From the IMG/VR virus record IMGVR_UViG_3300042542_005523: 64,000 nt of DNA; one strand, 5' to 3'. Source of the DNA: a virus (lineage: Duplodnaviria; Caudoviricetes). This document shows, piece by piece, positions 1-8,486 of the stretch (within the stretch, counting starts at the first letter, position 1; each line of letters begins with the position of its first letter). Position numbers and translations under genes: made by a program. Under the pieces are notes generated by a model, which saw nothing but the letters and a program-made list of their open reading frames with translations, had not been told where the DNA came from and did not search any database.

Positions 1-198
1 TTCAAGGCGTTTGAGGTTTTTAAGATAAAAATAGGAAAAGCTAAGGTTGTTTTTGGAGTCGAATTACCAGAAAAGGAAAAGTTCCCGAGCGACGAGGATT
101 TTGGTAAATGGGCTTGGACGTATACCGACTACGAGAAAGCTATTGATAGATTCAATAAAATAGAGAACGGAATAGAAGACGATGAAGACAATGAGTAA
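1..198 (+). CDS. 3' part of a hypothetical protein (truncated by window start)
   Basis: Frame 1 is open from base 1 to TAA 196-198 (FKAFEVFKIK...FPSDEDFGKWAWTY...EDNE*). Its stop overlaps the next ATG at 191. Not in the ORF track because it has no start codon in the window. Confidence 0.75.
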   Translation, partial: FKAFEVFKIKIGKAKVVFGVELPEKEKFPSDEDFGKWAWTYTDYEKAIDRFNKIENGIEDDEDNE

Positions 199-724
199 AA
201 AAAGAGTTATAATAGCAGGAAAGGGAGCTTCTGGCAAGGACCACTTGAGAAAGATGATGGTTGAGGAGGGCTTCAATTATTGTGTTTCACATACAACTAG
301 ACCTATAAGATCTGACGAGGAAGAGGGCATAGATTACTATTTCATAAAGGAGTCCGATGCTTATGGGATGATACTGGAAGATCTTTTTTTGGAGCACACC
401 ATATTTAATGGATGGGTTTACGGAACGAGTAAATCGGAGTTTCACAAATCTAATTTATTTATAATGACACCTTCTGGAATTTCTCAGTTATCACCTGAAG
501 ACAGAAGCGAGTCCATTATTCTCTATGTTGACATCGACGAGAATATAAGAAGAGATAGAATGTCTATGAGAAGAGATGCAGACGACGTTGACCGTAGAAT
601 AAAGGCAGACGAGAAAGACTTCTTGAATTTTATAGATTACGATTCCTCTATAACTGATCCTGCATTTAACAGGATACCGAAGGAACTATATAGTGTATTG
701 AAAAAAATAGAACAGAATGATTAA
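191..724 (+). CDS. gmk: guanylate kinase-like nucleoside monophosphate kinase
   Basis: P-loop GKGASGKD, VSHTTRPIR..E.EGIDYYF and LEH..FNGWVYGT are Gmk family motifs. ATG 191 (overlapping the upstream stop) preferred over 182. Confidence 0.85.
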   Translation: MSKKRVIIAGKGASGKDHLRKMMVEEGFNYCVSHTTRPIRSDEEEGIDYYFIKESDAYGMILEDLFLEHTIFNGWVYGTSKSEFHKSNLFIMTPSGISQLSPEDRSESIILYVDIDENIRRDRMSMRRDADDVDRRIKADEKDFLNFIDYDSSITDPAFNRIPKELYSVLKKIEQND

Positions 725-1853
725 TATTTGTGTTGACGGAAATTACATATTCCACAAAACCTTTGGGGTTTTTGCTGGTTATGGCAATGTGGATCCTGGT
801 AAGGTTTTTTCTAAAAAATCAGACCAGACTATGTTTATTAGAAAAGTAGCGACTGACTTGTGCTCCTCATTAAACAATTTGCCTTCAGGTGGAAGACTTA
901 TTTTTACAGCCGATAGCAAAAGCTGGAGAAGAGAAATTGAGATTGAAAATGGCGGATATAAGTCAAATAGAACAAAGGATGAGAATGTCGATTGGACTAT
1001 TTTCTTCGATCTTATGGATTCTTTTGGTCGCCAACTGGAGAAAATGGGATTCATTTATTCTAAAGTATCCGGAGCGGAGGGTGACGACCTTCTCTATATG
1101 TGGTCGAAGTACTTTAATAATAACGGAGAAGATTGTATAGTGGTATCTGGTGATAAAGATTTACATCAGCTAGCTAGATTTGAAGGATCGAATTGGACTA
1201 TAACGTGGAATAGCAACAATAAAAAGAATATAGTAACTACTCCTATCGGATGGAAGTCCAATTGGTTGGAAAAAGAGGAGGAAGCTAGCATTTTTAATAT
1301 GGGTTCTGTTATATCACCGGATAAGGGTAAATTAAAGACGCTGCTTTCCAAGTGCGAATTAAACGAGGTTGATCGTGAATTTTTCGTTCTGAATAAGATG
1401 TTTGTGGGTGATAAAGGTGATGCGGTACCATCTGTTTGGGAAATCCCGCAGAATGGCAAGAAAATGGGGTTCACGCCTAGAAAAAGCGAGTCTTTAATAG
1501 AAGCGATGAACACATCAGAGCAATGGAAGAATATACAGCCAAAAGAGCTACTAAATAGCAATGAATTTCTCAATTGGGCTTCTGGATTTATATTGAGAAC
1601 CATGAAGGATGTGGACTCCTCAGAGAATAGAAATAAGGTCTCTGATAACATCAGAAGAAATTACAAGCTCATGTGGCTGGATGATACAGTATTTCCTGAT
1701 AAAGTTGTTTCTGATTCAGAAGCGGAGATAGAAAGAGGAATTTCACTAGAAAGAAAATCAATAACATTAGACAGAATAAAAATACTAGAAGGTACAAATT
1801 GGATATCGCCTAATTACAGCCCATCCTCATTTGATCCTTTTGCAAATCTATAA
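717..1853 (+). CDS. rnh: T4 RNase H-like / FEN-type 5'-3' exonuclease
   Basis: Acidic motifs VDGN, FTAD, YKSNR, EGDD, SGDKDLHQL and GDKGDAVP of the PIN/5'-3' exonuclease family. Confidence 0.85.
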   Translation: MINICVDGNYIFHKTFGVFAGYGNVDPGKVFSKKSDQTMFIRKVATDLCSSLNNLPSGGRLIFTADSKSWRREIEIENGGYKSNRTKDENVDWTIFFDLMDSFGRQLEKMGFIYSKVSGAEGDDLLYMWSKYFNNNGEDCIVVSGDKDLHQLARFEGSNWTITWNSNNKKNIVTTPIGWKSNWLEKEEEASIFNMGSVISPDKGKLKTLLSKCELNEVDREFFVLNKMFVGDKGDAVPSVWEIPQNGKKMGFTPRKSESLIEAMNTSEQWKNIQPKELLNSNEFLNWASGFILRTMKDVDSSENRNKVSDNIRRNYKLMWLDDTVFPDKVVSDSEAEIERGISLERKSITLDRIKILEGTNWISPNYSPSSFDPFANL

Positions 1854-1855
1854 AG

Positions 1856-2284
1856 ATGGAACTTTTTGACGTAGTAAAGAAAATATTCGAAAAAAAAGAG
1901 TCAAAGTGGGCTGATGTAGCTAAGGTAGACAAGAACAGGAATTTTTTCATGCTCAATAGAATAATGTCCATTCAATTTCCGGTTCAAGCTAATCAGTTTA
2001 ATAAATTAAAGATAACACCACATACTGTTATAGATTGGTGGCATGATACATTGAGTCCTAGATTTACCTCCCCTCCTAAATGGATCTACACAAAGACCAA
2101 AAAATCTTCTGAGAAAAAAGATAGCTCTAAAAAGGATCACAATTTTGAGGATGCTGAGAAGTTCATAAGAGAAAAATTCGAGGTTTCTAAAAGGGATCTT
2201 GATCAGATTAAGAAGTTCTATCCAGATAGATATAATGCTTGGCTATCCTCCGTATCGGATCAATTGGGTGTCAAGAGTAAGTAA
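1856..2284 (+). CDS. probable clamp loader small subunit (T4 gp62-like)
   Basis: FFMLNRIMSIQFPVQANQFN ... KW..K ... KFEVSKRD resembles the gp62 pattern FM.N..LS.F...AN.MN ... KW.K; size 142 aa fits. Confidence 0.5.
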   Translation: MELFDVVKKIFEKKESKWADVAKVDKNRNFFMLNRIMSIQFPVQANQFNKLKITPHTVIDWWHDTLSPRFTSPPKWIYTKTKKSSEKKDSSKKDHNFEDAEKFIREKFEVSKRDLDQIKKFYPDRYNAWLSSVSDQLGVKSK

Positions 2285-2291
2285 ATATATA
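2284..2291 (+). promoter_or_regulatory. late-type box variant AATATATA
   Basis: Intergenic, 17 nt before ATG 2309. Confidence 0.4.
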
Positions 2292-2308
2292 GAGGATACA
2301 CTATAATT

Positions 2309-2860
2309 ATGAGGAAAGAGCATTCAAAACTTATCGATAAAGTTATATCCAGTTTAGATTGGGATTCTATTTTTGAGGTCTATAAGGCATTCAAAATGGG
2401 AATAGGCGAGGGTAGCAACGTTATACCTGGCATTAAAAGAAAACCTTTTAGCGATTCTCTTACCAAGAATGACATAAAGGGAGAGCTTAAGACTATACTA
2501 AAACAGGTAATAGACGGAGATATATCCGACATAACATACGGTCCTTGGATCATAAACTGGGACAATGGCGACTGGGAGCCTGTTGAGGATGAGATGGACG
2601 AGGATATCGATGACCAGGAGGAGGAAAATATTGAAGATCCTAATATAGTAAATTCAAGGCTTGAGGTTATCTATGCACCTCAACGAATAGCCCTTATAAT
2701 TAACTCATTAAAGGATGAACAACCCGAGGGAGAACTCAATGACTCTTATTTAATAGAGAGCTTGATGCAGAAAGCTATTAAGAATGAGGATTATGAACTA
2801 GCTTCTAAATTCAGGGACATTTTGAAGCATCAGGATAAAGAACAAAGTTCTGATATATAG
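2309..2860 (+). CDS. hypothetical protein with acidic linker and C-terminal UVR (UvrB/UvrC-type) coiled-coil motif
   Basis: C-terminal LMQKAIKNEDYELASKFRDIL matches the UVR consensus L..A...E.YE.AA..RD.I. Confidence 0.65.
   Translation: MRKEHSKLIDKVISSLDWDSIFEVYKAFKMGIGEGSNVIPGIKRKPFSDSLTKNDIKGELKTILKQVIDGDISDITYGPWIINWDNGDWEPVEDEMDEDIDDQEEENIEDPNIVNSRLEVIYAPQRIALIINSLKDEQPEGELNDSYLIESLMQKAIKNEDYELASKFRDILKHQDKEQSSDI
2852..2859 (+). promoter_or_regulatory. putative late promoter GATATATA
   Basis: Exact recurrent motif, but only 4 nt before GTG 2864. Confidence 0.5.
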
Positions 2861-2863
2861 TAG

Positions 2864-3355
2864 GTGAAATATATTAAATCAATAAACGAATTTGACACAG
2901 GTACCCCGTTTGGTGATACCTATGGATACGGCGGGGCAAATGGTGTTTTTAAAATAAACTATAAGCCATTTTCTGATCTTTCTATAGAAGTTGGCCCGGA
3001 TCCCAATGTGCCTAGATCTATAAAGGGATCTGAATTTCAGGTTGGTGATTTCGTTGTAGCTGAGCCTATTAACTCTAAGAGCAAAAAGAATAAAAAGATT
3101 GGTATAATAGTTAGAGCTCAAAAAACACCAGACTCAAAGGGATTTAGATATTTCATACAGGTTTTCAATATAGGGAAGCTTACTGAGAAAGTAATAGAGG
3201 TCAAGCCTAATGCTATACAATTTATAGACCAAGGTGATAAAGGACACCAGGATTTACTTTCCAAATACAAGATCGCTCAGCTTCCTGGTAAAGCATTCAA
3301 TTCTCCTACCGTTTACAACGATGCCGATCTTGGTCTTTCTACCGTAGGTGGATAA
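2864..3355 (+). CDS. hypothetical protein, possible internal head protein (KOW/SH3-like core)
   Basis: GTG start, N-terminus MKYIKSINEF resembles a capsid-targeting sequence, GATATATA box directly upstream; FQVGDFVVAEP...IGIIV is KOW-like. Confidence 0.5.
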   Translation: MKYIKSINEFDTGTPFGDTYGYGGANGVFKINYKPFSDLSIEVGPDPNVPRSIKGSEFQVGDFVVAEPINSKSKKNKKIGIIVRAQKTPDSKGFRYFIQVFNIGKLTEKVIEVKPNAIQFIDQGDKGHQDLLSKYKIAQLPGKAFNSPTVYNDADLGLSTVGG

Positions 3356-3356
3356 C

Positions 3357-3385
3357 GGAACTTAAGTCATTTCCTTTAGTATAAT
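3357..3385 (+). promoter_or_regulatory. putative early/middle promoter GGAAC-N18-TATAAT
   Basis: Upstream of the UvsE-like gene. Confidence 0.5.
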
Positions 3386-3396
3386 AATAAAAAGGA

Positions 3397-4293
3397 ATGA
3401 TTTCTTTAGACAAGTCTAATTTAGGGTACATCGGTCTCCCGAAGAAAATAAAAGGAAACGGACAGGTTAAAATAAAATCTGTTTATGATTTTCTTAAGCT
3501 AGTTAGAGATTCGATTGTTTATAATTCAAATCTAGGACTTAACATATTATGTCTGGATATAAGCGAATTTGATAATCCGGAACTGTTCGTTGATTTTAGT
3601 TTTGACGAGGAGGATCCTAAAATTTCAGGAATATTATCTAGTATACACGAGATTTCTAATATTAATAAATTTAGGACCTGCTTTATAATACCGAAGGAAT
3701 ATTTTTTGGCTAGTCAACTAGACGGGGTTCCTGATAAAACAATAACACTTCTGGAGAGCCTAGGGTCCATATTAGATGTGCTGGGCCAGAAGGGGAGATC
3801 GATAATAGTTAGAATAGGAAGTGCATATGGAAACAGGAAGGAGACTATAGAGAGATTTTCAGTTAAGTTTGATTTAATATCTAAGCAAACCCAGAAGAGA
3901 ATATCGGTAGTTAACGACGATAAACCCAGCCTTTTTTCAGTAACGGAACTCATATCAGGTTGCTATTATAAATCGGATGTACCGGTATCTTTTAGATTTC
4001 TTAATCATTTATTCAATGACGGAGGTCTTAGTACAAGGGAGGCTTTGTTTCTTAGCTGCTCCACATGGAAGTTCGGCAGTAATCCAATTATGATCCATGC
4101 AGAGTCTGAGAGCGAGGATGAAAACGGATTTCCTGTTAATTCCAAGCCTTCCGGAAGATTGTCTAAAAGAATACCAACATTTGGTCTTTCTGTCGATGTT
4201 ATAATAGATTCACCAGAGAAGGAATTTTGCTGCATTAATTATCTAAAGGACTTTAAGTCACTACCACCATTTGTATTTAATAAGAGAAAATAA
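3397..4293 (+). CDS. uvsE: UV damage endonuclease UvsE/UvdE-fold protein with substituted metal ligands
   Basis: LGYIG, IIVRIGSAYGNR, RISVVNDDK, DVPVSF, STW, IHAES and DVIIDSPEKE are colinear with UvsE; most His/Glu/Asp ligands are replaced. Confidence 0.8.
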   Translation: MISLDKSNLGYIGLPKKIKGNGQVKIKSVYDFLKLVRDSIVYNSNLGLNILCLDISEFDNPELFVDFSFDEEDPKISGILSSIHEISNINKFRTCFIIPKEYFLASQLDGVPDKTITLLESLGSILDVLGQKGRSIIVRIGSAYGNRKETIERFSVKFDLISKQTQKRISVVNDDKPSLFSVTELISGCYYKSDVPVSFRFLNHLFNDGGLSTREALFLSCSTWKFGSNPIMIHAESESEDENGFPVNSKPSGRLSKRIPTFGLSVDVIIDSPEKEFCCINYLKDFKSLPPFVFNKRK

Positions 4294-4994
4294 TGATCAA
4301 TAAAGAAGTAAAAGAAAAAGCTCTGTATTTTGATGTAGAAACTGCGTCTTGTTTCGAAAGTCTAGAAGCATTAAACGAGAGAAATCCGAGATTGGGTGAA
4401 CTATGGGGTAAGAGAGCTAATTTCTATAGAAATTCTTACAAAGAATTGTCAGATATGAATGACGGTGAGATATTCGCTGAAAAATCTGCTCTGGAGGCTG
4501 AATTTTCAAGAATTGTGTGTGTTTCCTTCGGTAGCTTTAATGATGATGGTACGATAAGGACAACATCTTTCTTCGGTGATGATGAGATTGACATTCTCAA
4601 CAAAACAAACAAAATTCTTAACAATGCCCACTCAAAAGGGTGGAAGTTATGCGGACATAACATTAAGGGATTTGATATAGCTTGTCTAGGAAAGAGAATG
4701 CTTTATAACGGTATTACACCTTCTCAGAATATACAGGTTTGGGATAAAAAACCATGGGAGATGCCTTTTCTTGACACCGCAGAGATATTCTCCTTCGGTA
4801 ATTGGATTGGCCAAAAATATCTAGGTCTAGACCTATTAGCATGCTCCCTTGATGTAAGATCCCCAAAAGAGGATATCAAGGGATCGGATGTCTCTAGAGT
4901 CTTCTGGGTCGATAAGAATTTTGATAAAATTAAGGAATATTGCGAGAGGGACGTCGAGACAGTAATGCTGATCATGAATAAGATTTCGGTATAG
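4293..4994 (+). CDS. DEDDy 3'-5' exonuclease (PolB-exonuclease-like, stand-alone)
   Basis: Exo I YFDVET, Exo II GHNIKGFD, Exo III YCERDV. ATG overlaps the upstream TAA (TAATG). Confidence 0.85.
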   Translation: MINKEVKEKALYFDVETASCFESLEALNERNPRLGELWGKRANFYRNSYKELSDMNDGEIFAEKSALEAEFSRIVCVSFGSFNDDGTIRTTSFFGDDEIDILNKTNKILNNAHSKGWKLCGHNIKGFDIACLGKRMLYNGITPSQNIQVWDKKPWEMPFLDTAEIFSFGNWIGQKYLGLDLLACSLDVRSPKEDIKGSDVSRVFWVDKNFDKIKEYCERDVETVMLIMNKISV

Positions 4995-5017
4995 TTACAC
5001 CTTATTGTTTTTTTCTT

Positions 5018-5025
5018 GATATATA
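5018..5025 (+). promoter_or_regulatory. putative late promoter GATATATA in hairpin loop
   Basis: Exact motif 15 nt before GTG 5041, inside a perfect 10-bp stem 5008-5036. Confidence 0.7.
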
Positions 5026-5040
5026 AAAGAAAAAAATTCT

Positions 5041-5820
5041 GTGGTTTTTAATTTCAAAAGTTATCTAAAAGAATCTAAAAGTCCCTTCTATAACGAAGAA
5101 CTTTGCCCTCTTTTTTGGGAAAAAGAAGGAGATGGCAAGGAGTTAGAGTGGAAGCTAGATCCTCTTGTAGGAAAGAAACTTCTGGATATAGCGAATGATT
5201 TTATAGAGGAAGGTTCGGATGTGCTAAAGAAAAAGGATGTTTTGGACATTCAGCTTGTTGGGTCCTTAACTGGTTATAACTGGAACCAGTATTCTGATCT
5301 GGATCTACATATTATTGTAAATTTCAAAGACATGGGCGATGATCCTAAAATGATAGACTATGCTATGTATGGTCTAAAATTCTCATGGAACACGAAACAT
5401 GACATAACAATGAGAGGACATGACGTGGAGATAGCAGTACAGGACGAAGGATCGGAAAGCTACATTTCTACGGTATATTCACTTAGCAAGAAGAAATGGA
5501 TTAAGAAACCTAAGTACTCACCACCTAAAATAGATGAGTTTATGGTGAATAAGAAGTTTAATTCTTTGGCTTACGATATAAGTAAGCTTGAAAATAAGCT
5601 AGTACTGGGCAACGTTTTTCCTTCTAACCCCAAGCCTCTGTATAATATGGCTGCTAAGCTAAAATCTAAAATAATGAAAATGAGAAAAGAGTCCTTATCA
5701 AAAGGAGGGGAATTCTCTGTTGGCAACCTGGTCTTTAAGAAACTCAGATCTGAAGGATATATAGGTAAATTGATCGATACGATCACGAAGTCATACGATA
5801 AAATATACACAATAAAATAA
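5041..5820 (+). CDS. Pol-beta superfamily nucleotidyltransferase
   Basis: GSLTGYNWNQYSDLDLH (GS..DxD) plus DVEIAVQDE; GTG start; N-terminus MVFNFKSYLKES. Confidence 0.85.
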   Translation: MVFNFKSYLKESKSPFYNEELCPLFWEKEGDGKELEWKLDPLVGKKLLDIANDFIEEGSDVLKKKDVLDIQLVGSLTGYNWNQYSDLDLHIIVNFKDMGDDPKMIDYAMYGLKFSWNTKHDITMRGHDVEIAVQDEGSESYISTVYSLSKKKWIKKPKYSPPKIDEFMVNKKFNSLAYDISKLENKLVLGNVFPSNPKPLYNMAAKLKSKIMKMRKESLSKGGEFSVGNLVFKKLRSEGYIGKLIDTITKSYDKIYTIK

Positions 5821-5832
5821 AGTAAATAAATT

Positions 5833-8430
5833 ATGTACGTAATAATTCCTAATGGTACTCTTAGTAAAGGCGATCCATTCCCGATGGTAGACATTCCAAC
5901 TGACGTAAATGGACCAGACTATACGGATTTTGAATTGGAGGATTTCCAGTGGTGGGCATATAGCAAGCCATTTAACGATTGGTTCAAATCATCAGGGAGA
6001 TCGTGGCAAGCTTCGGAGTCTGAGATAAGAAGTGATGGTGATGCTTTAGTAGAAAGATGGAAGACAGAGAAAGCAAAAGAGGGTAAACCCATAATGAGCT
6101 TTTTGGATTTCGTAAATGAAAGTTTAAGATCTGAGTATATTGAACTTTTTGAAGAAGGACCGGAAGGTGAAACATCAGGAGTTTCTGAAGGAACTGGTAT
6201 AACCCAACAGGATCAAATTAAATTCTTATATGCTTACACTAAGCTAGTTAAACAAGGTGCTATACAGACTACATTCGATATTAGCACAGATTTTAACGAA
6301 GGGGACGAGAAGGCTTTCTTTTTAACTGTTGTTCAAGAGGACGAAGAAGCGCAAGCTTTGAATATGAAGGCTATGAAACTCAAGGCAAAGACTGGAGCCT
6401 CCTCCGGAGCAGGTAGGCTTGCACAAGGTACCGTGATGTATCCAGGTGCTCCATACAAGATACCACCGGAAGCAACGTCTAACTATATAGTAACAAAGAT
6501 TCAACAGGATCTTTCCTCCCTAGGGGTATGGGCATCTGGAATGCTAGCGGGGTGGGGAATTTACACTGTGGCTGGTGTTGCTGGCGGATCTTTTTTACTT
6601 TATAGAGTATTGAATGGGTGGAAATTTTCTTCCGCAGTGGCAGCAATAGGTAATGCAGGTGGACAGACTGCTGCAAAAACAATAGCGGATCTTTTAAAAG
6701 GAGGAAGTGCAGCCAAAAAGGGTACAGGAATTTTTGGAAGACTTGGAAAGATTGGTACATTCGTTTTCAAAGAAGGATTGGGTACTGCAAAGGGGTTTAA
6801 GTCAGCAAGGCAAGCATGGAAATTTGGATCTAAATTAAAGCCAGCCATGAGGGTTTTAAATACAAGTAAAGCTTTCTTAAGAGGTACATCAGCAGCTGCT
6901 ACGAGGGCAATACCCGTTGTTGGATGGGTTCTTCTAGCTGTTGACGCAGTGGGCTCTATGATAAACTGGTACAGCGACAATCAAGCTCCAACACCAGATG
7001 AAGCAGTTGAGCTTTTTGATGGTAAGAAAACTTTTTCGCCTTCATCGATCAATGTTGGCGAATCTATAGTTCTTTGTTGGTCACAGCCTGATGCCTCAGC
7101 ATGGGGTGCAGTTCTTTCTTTCGTTTTCAGCAACGCGGGTGAGACTAGGACAATAATGGAAATGACAAAGATTATAGGTGACGCTTCTGGATATTCCCTA
7201 TTTATATTACAATCAGCTAATTCTTCTGGCCTAAATGAACAAATAAAGGATAGCATGCTAACCCTTGTAGCGGTTCCTAATTCTGCTAAGCTGGAAAACG
7301 GTATTGTTGATAACGATGATTTTTCAGGCAGAATTTGTTCTGTTTCCAAGGAGGACGTTAACGCAGAGGGTGATGCTATACCAGTTCCTTTTGATTTTCA
7401 AGGAGTTTGTAACTGGGATACTTTAGTTAGCGCAGTTGAATCATCGGAAGGTGTAATGTTTAAGTCCGATCCTAACGCTCCAGCTACATACGAATTTAAT
7501 TTCGAGGACATGGACGGGGATAGAATAAACGTTGTTGGAACTTTAGTTACAGACGAGGATCTTGCTAATCTAACCACCGATGATATAGAGAGAATATTCT
7601 ACGGTGGAATTGATACCGGGAACTCTAGGAGAGGCGGGGAAGCTGAGAGTGAAGAGGAGGAAGAAGACATTGAGGATCTAGAAACAGAGGAGACAAACGA
7701 ATCATCTAGAGTGGTTAATTTCGAGAGTTTTAAAAGCGGTAGGCTATACGAGAGTGGAGATGAAGAGGACACTTCTGATGTACTCGATTCTTTTCAAGGT
7801 CCAGCATTTATAGCAATATACGTTTGTGATGAACCAAATAGTAAGGCTTACGCTAGTAGGGAAATTGGGAGAAAGAAGAGACTTCCGCAATTTACTAATT
7901 TCGCAGTAAATCCTGATGACTACAATGCAGGACCAGGAACAACAATAGACGTAGATGTAAACAGCGACGAGGACATAGAGGATCCAAAAGCAGGTTATGC
8001 AGAGTACAGGGAAGGAAGTGAGGTTGACAGAGAGGTGGTGGTTGAAGAGCCTGTGAAAGATGATAAAGAAGAAGGAACGGAGGAAGTTCAGGCAGGTGAC
8101 GGTAAAATAAAAGCTCCTGATATTACAAAGAAGGAAAGAAAGCACAGCACTGTTATTAAAGACGGTGACAAAGACGGTGGGATTAATCTAATGGATGAAT
8201 TCTTGACCACTGAAGACAAGGAAATTTTAGGTATATCTGATTGGGATAAGGTAACTATGGTAAAAGCTAGGTATGATGATAACGGTGAGATATCTAAAAT
8301 TATCGTCAGAAATAAGGATGCTGAATTCATGAAAAAATCAAAAGAATATGTTCCTTCTGATGGAGAATCATTCGAGATTGCAAAAAAATTGCTGCAAAGC
8401 GCGCAAAGTAGGCTCGAAGTTAAAAAATAA
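5833..8430 (+). CDS. 865-aa putative virion (head/ejected) protein with hydrophobic Gly/Ala helices and acidic C-terminal part
   Basis: Long ORF directly upstream of the prohead protease. Hydrophobic segments LGVWASGMLAGWGIYTVAGVAGGSFLLY and AIPVVGWVLLAVDAVG; internal MSFLDFVNES and NFESFKSGRLYES motifs. Confidence 0.55.
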   Translation: MYVIIPNGTLSKGDPFPMVDIPTDVNGPDYTDFELEDFQWWAYSKPFNDWFKSSGRSWQASESEIRSDGDALVERWKTEKAKEGKPIMSFLDFVNESLRSEYIELFEEGPEGETSGVSEGTGITQQDQIKFLYAYTKLVKQGAIQTTFDISTDFNEGDEKAFFLTVVQEDEEAQALNMKAMKLKAKTGASSGAGRLAQGTVMYPGAPYKIPPEATSNYIVTKIQQDLSSLGVWASGMLAGWGIYTVAGVAGGSFLLYRVLNGWKFSSAVAAIGNAGGQTAAKTIADLLKGGSAAKKGTGIFGRLGKIGTFVFKEGLGTAKGFKSARQAWKFGSKLKPAMRVLNTSKAFLRGTSAAATRAIPVVGWVLLAVDAVGSMINWYSDNQAPTPDEAVELFDGKKTFSPSSINVGESIVLCWSQPDASAWGAVLSFVFSNAGETRTIMEMTKIIGDASGYSLFILQSANSSGLNEQIKDSMLTLVAVPNSAKLENGIVDNDDFSGRICSVSKEDVNAEGDAIPVPFDFQGVCNWDTLVSAVESSEGVMFKSDPNAPATYEFNFEDMDGDRINVVGTLVTDEDLANLTTDDIERIFYGGIDTGNSRRGGEAESEEEEEDIEDLETEETNESSRVVNFESFKSGRLYESGDEEDTSDVLDSFQGPAFIAIYVCDEPNSKAYASREIGRKKRLPQFTNFAVNPDDYNAGPGTTIDVDVNSDEDIEDPKAGYAEYREGSEVDREVVVEEPVKDDKEEGTEEVQAGDGKIKAPDITKKERKHSTVIKDGDKDGGINLMDEFLTTEDKEILGISDWDKVTMVKARYDDNGEISKIIVRNKDAEFMKKSKEYVPSDGESFEIAKKLLQSAQSRLEVKK

Positions 8431-8452
8431 GAAGATTTTCTAAAATAGAATT

Positions 8453-8460
8453 GATATATA
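8453..8460 (+). promoter_or_regulatory. putative late promoter GATATATA
   Basis: Upstream of the prohead protease gene. Confidence 0.75.
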
Positions 8461-8486
8461 GAAAATAAGAAAAGAAATATTTATAA

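Noticed and set aside
3397-4293. UvsE-like gene as a decaying pseudogene
   Set aside because: Full-length open frame, promoter motif, SD-like AGGA and coupling to the next gene; changes are concentrated at catalytic positions.
8435-8466. 8-bp stem ATTTTCTA/TAGAAAAT around the late box, and a 6-bp stem at 12377-12404
   Set aside because: Long loops, AT-only pairing and, for 8435, a 3' arm 20 nt from the start codon; too weak to count as start-occluding hairpins.
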